From assembly GCA_001002135.1 (NCBI GenBank), contig LCLP01000003.1:107198-164497 (forward strand): a stretch of DNA of 57,300 nt, read 5' to 3'. The DNA comes from Candidatus Pacebacteria bacterium GW2011_GWA1_46_10 (GTDB lineage Bacteria; Patescibacteriota; Microgenomatia; UBA1400; PJMF01). This document shows positions 55,001-57,300 of the stretch, piece by piece (position 1 is the first letter of the stretch; each line of letters starts with the position of its first letter). A model generated the notes under the pieces. The model worked only from the letters and a program-made list of their open reading frames with translations. It was not told the origin of the DNA and did no database searches. The position numbers were made by a program, and so were the translations under genes.

Positions 55001-55051
55001 CTCAGTAACGCTAATACTTGGTTGGCGCTACAAACCTTCAACATGACCTAG
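52040..55051 (+). CDS. Giant repeat surface protein, fragment 1: two integrase core-binding (SAM-like) domains, TM helix and extracellular repeats
   Basis: Two copies of (A/S).ATIRNYRSDI.QF...K.L...(T/S)V.RKL.S..QF..WA, then a TM helix at about aa 305-325 and GxVGVGT repeats. Confidence 0.8.
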   Translation: MPRQPARSTLSARENTAFSTSQSFNTPNTQTKPINFEKLLEKYLNSLAANGTADATIRNYRSDIAQFLSSVPDQNSLNSGELRKQLVEKFLLSQREKGLSAATVRRKLISTTQFLQWAAQTSTPPARATTRSITQPTTQLTTQPTALPQSSPLPTVPAGKPAEVYLIPLAIEKVLNQYLTTLKYNSASDATIRNYRSDIKQFAAFIREKTIDTLLVLNNLKRFALSQKEKGLKATSVQRKLTSITQFALWAQRRKLIPTASSDWSSTALDSVFFPTSDSPIVVTAPTPDETVKLGKRKRLKEGWLAGLVLLLLLFGSSIGLYLVQTVQELRRQAAETTEVPTTAAQQIDYSTLTQVLEGNHAIPFSGKLYKDTGEQVTGTTVAFFSLLDGPSDEAEVVWESGACQVKTDSQGIFNINLGGGTGSGTDNSECGPPLSNDVYYGESNLWLLPTIGGQQLALYPVKTVSYSEDSQLLDGAPLGNPVINESVLYMNDQGEVLFADEPTFNVPAGNLTLAGENLYFVTEGRGDILADSRIIAPSAIFGGGEQSPLILLQGEESTAPLLDLRDSQGQQLGVIDIQGRLGLGTTTPQGLIGLGGNGAYISADNNNLVFYDTATGTVKTLSDLAAGGVDTNFWSQSGTSIYYTGGQVGVGTSSTEQTLTVGGNIQLGTTDADRYIYFDNGTSANSGIRYNATNDKIQFSHDGSTWSDLGTTGVTSVTNSDGTLTISPTTGAVVASLNLGHANTWTATQTFAGLTASGTVTFSGLSAGVDNTVLVLNSSNQLVTDEIDSRVWGTTLVDGTGTADYVAYWSDTDTLAAEQYLATARGGLGGNVTALGAGEVLYSTGTTAYDSLAAGSSGQLLTSGGAAAPSWSNIASLLTAGDDIVFIEDGGDVGVGTNAPEQDLTVASNIQLGVTDGDRYIYFDNGTLSNAGFRYNATGDQMEFSNDGTTWTAFSDLTSGLVTSVSNSDGTLTISPTTGDVVASLNLSNANTWLALQTFNMT

Positions 55052-55632
55052 TAGTAGCCAAAACGAGCGGGAATGTTGGCATTGGCACTACCGCCCCTGA
55101 TACTGCTTTGGAAATTAACCACGCCACCGGCAACAACCTGCGCCTAACGTACAATGACGCTGACGGTAGCGCTCTCAATTACACCGATTTTACCCTCGAT
55201 AGTTCCGGCAACCTGACTATTAACAGTTCCGGCACCCAAACTACTGTGAGTGATACTTTAGTGCTGGGTACAGCTGGCGCTGGTACCACTGACAGTGTGA
55301 TTGTCAGAGAAGCCGGCGGTGATCTGGCTGCTCGTTCTATCGACTCCCGAGTCTGGGGTTCAAGCCTAGTGGATGGTTCAGGAACGGCTAACTATGTCAC
55401 TTACTGGTCAGACTCAAATACTTTAGCGGCCGAACAGTATTTAGCTACCTCCAGAGGTGGGCTGGGTGGAAATGTGACGGCCCTTGGAGCTGGAGAGGTA
55501 TTGTATTCCACCAGCACTACTGCCTATGACTCCCTGGCAGCTGGTTCTAGTGGGCAACTCTTAACTTCTGGTGGGGCAGCTGCTCCTTCTTGGAGTAACA
55601 TCGCCTCCCTGCTGACTGCTGGTGATGACATT
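54516..55632 (+). repeat. Near-identical 179-bp coding repeats (54516-54694 and 55454-55632)
   Basis: Both encode RGGLGGNVTALGAGEVLYS...LLTAGDDI. Confidence 0.85.
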
Positions 55633-55668
55633 CTGCTCCTTCTTGGAGTAACATCGCCTCCCTGCTGA
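55018..55668 (+). pseudogene. Giant protein, frameshifted fragment 2
   Basis: Same repeat family (GNVGIGTTAP, IDSRVWG) in a new frame after about 55042. Confidence 0.7.
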
Positions 55669-55685
55669 CTGCTGGTGATGACATT
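55580..55685 (+). repeat. Perfect 53-bp tandem duplication causing a frameshift
   Basis: 55580-55632 is identical to 55633-55685. Confidence 0.92.
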
Positions 55686-56432
55686 GATATTACTGGGACG
55701 ACTACCGCCACGGTTGCCCTGGAGGACGATATTGATGTCAGTGCTGTTAGGGCTTCCTCCGTTAATGGCTTGTATCTGTATGACGATGGTGGCAACCTAG
55801 GCTTGTTTGTAGCTGACCAGGGTGATGTCGGCATTGGCACTGACACGCCAGACTCAGTTCTGCACGTGGATGTTGGTGCTCAAGATAAAAACATCAAGTT
55901 TTCCGCTGACGCTACCTTTAGTACCGGTTTGGATCTTTTTAGTGGCACCCAATACTCGCAACTGATGCAGGAAACGACTGGTGAGTTGTCCCTAAAAAAC
56001 CGTAACCAAGACGAAAACATCCAGTTTCTGGTCAACGACGGCGGGGTACTCACTACCGCCATGACAGTTGAAGGTTCCAGCAGCGAAGTGGGCATCGGCA
56101 CCAGTCTTCCAGAGGAAAGATTAACGGTCAGCGATAACATTCAACTCGGGATCACTGATAGCACTCGCTACATCTACTTTGACAACGGGACCGCCAATAA
56201 CGGCGGCTTTCGCTATAACGCCACTAGTGATGTCATGGAATACTCCGATGACGGCACTACCTGGACTGCCTTTAGTGCTCTGACTTCTGGCCTAGTTACT
56301 TCTGTCAGCAATTCTGATGGCACCTTGACGATCTCACCCACCACCGGGGATGTAGTAGCTTCACTCAATCTCAGTAACGCTAATACTTGGTTGGCGCTAC
56401 AAACCTTCAACCAACTCGCTGGCGATTGCTGA
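55635..56432 (+). pseudogene. Giant protein, frameshifted fragment 3
   Basis: Frame open from the second duplication copy (WSNIASLLTAGDDIDITG...) to TGA 56430. Confidence 0.7.
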
Positions 56433-57300
56433 TACCGATGTGGCCCTGACTGGTGCTTCAACCAACTTTACTGCCACCGGCAACTTCTCAGTCAACACCG
56501 ATGATCTAGTCGTTGAGAAGTCAACGGGTGACATCGGGGTGGGTACAACCGACCCAAGTTCCAGATTAGATGTCCAAGACACCGGCACAGCCAAAGCCAA
56601 CGCTGATCTTTTTGAAATCACCAACGATGTTAATGCTCTGGACATGGATGCCACCGAAACGAGTATTCTTTTCAACCAGTACTACTATGACGCTGTTACT
56701 CCGGCCGTCGCGGATGCTGGACGAATTACGGTCGGCACGGAAACAGATTGGACGAGCACAGCCACTACTCAGGATGCTTACTTGTCTTTCCAAACCGCCC
56801 TTGATGGTACCTTGACTGAGCGATTGAGAATCACCAGTGCTGGAGTATTTGACATTGGCACAAACACTTTCTCTGATGGTAATTTCACCGGTAACTGGAG
56901 CTTTAACTCCGGCAATCTCTCTGGTATCGCCAATTTGACCGCCAGTGGCACCATCGAGTTTTCTGGTCTTGGCACCGGTACTGATAACACGGTTGTTATC
57001 CTCAACTCGAGCAACCAACTAACCACCGACGAAATTGACTCGAGGGTGTGGGGCACTTCATTGGTCGACTACTCCAGCTCTACGGCCAACTATATTCCAC
57101 TTTTCTCTGACGCTGACACGATCACTAACTCAGTCTTGAGCCAAAGTAGCGGTAACATCATTTCTGGTGGAGATATTCAACTATCTGACACTTACACCCT
57201 TGAGGTCGGCGGCCTAACCGGGGTGGCCTACAATGCCCTGGCCAACTCCGGTGAAGCCCCTGAGGAAGCCGCCATCTCCAGCGACAATGACCTGTATGTG
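56410..57300 (+). pseudogene. Giant protein, fragment 4, open to the window end
   Basis: Stop-free frame (TNSLAIADTDV...DEIDSRVWG...) running off the window; absent from the ORF track. Confidence 0.75.

Larger units (their letters stand above)
54935..56411 (+). repeat. Near-identical 108-bp coding repeats (54935-55042 and 56304-56411)
   Basis: One mismatch; encode VSNSDGTLTISPTTGDVVASLNLSNANTWLALQTFN; a third, diverged copy near 54190-54295. Confidence 0.9.

Noticed and set aside
52040-55051. Prophage or integrative element integrase
   Set aside because: Only core-binding domains are present; no catalytic domain, att sites or phage genes
698-57056. Numerous short overlapping or antisense ORFs in the ORF track (e.g. 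6968-7519, 12161-12868, 20537-21037, 48563-49474, 56566-57018)
   Set aside because: Shadow frames of well-supported genes, with no motifs or independent signals
1-57300. CRISPR array, rRNA gene or IS transposase
   Set aside because: No regularly spaced repeat-spacer array, rRNA-like sequence or transposase motif seen

Overview
A 57.3 kb chromosomal window, most likely from a Patescibacteria/CPR bacterium of the Microgenomates type. The taxonomy is inferred from gene content, not from a search. The backbone carries yggS, rpmG, secE-nusG-rplK-rplA, rplJ-rplL (7 kb from rplKA), thrS, leuS, galU, ndk, murL-murD2, an mreB paralog, a split comEC with comEA, and six tRNA genes (Trp-CCA, Thr-UGU, Tyr-GUA, Thr-GGU, Pro-CGG, Arg-CCU). 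Accessory DNA includes an AT-rich island next to tRNA-Trp, a 3.3 kb islet at tRNA-Arg (PEP-utilizer kinase plus an MNT-HEPN toxin-antitoxin pair) bounded by a degenerate tRNA copy, tandem paralogs and two very large surface-protein genes. Four observations stand out. (1) An unannotated 14-codon Thr-rich leader peptide with a complete 1:2/2:3/3:4 attenuator lies upstream of thrS. (2) A non-canonical tRNA-Asp-like RNA with an 8-nt anticodon loop lies downstream of leuS, followed in cis by a hairpin whose loop is complementary to that anticodon loop. (3) One gene fuses an AdoMet-decarboxylase-like domain to a nicotianamine-synthase-like domain. (4) A giant repeat protein carries two cytoplasmic integrase core-binding domains but no recognisable catalytic domain. 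All family assignments come from motif recognition by eye; no database searches were run.
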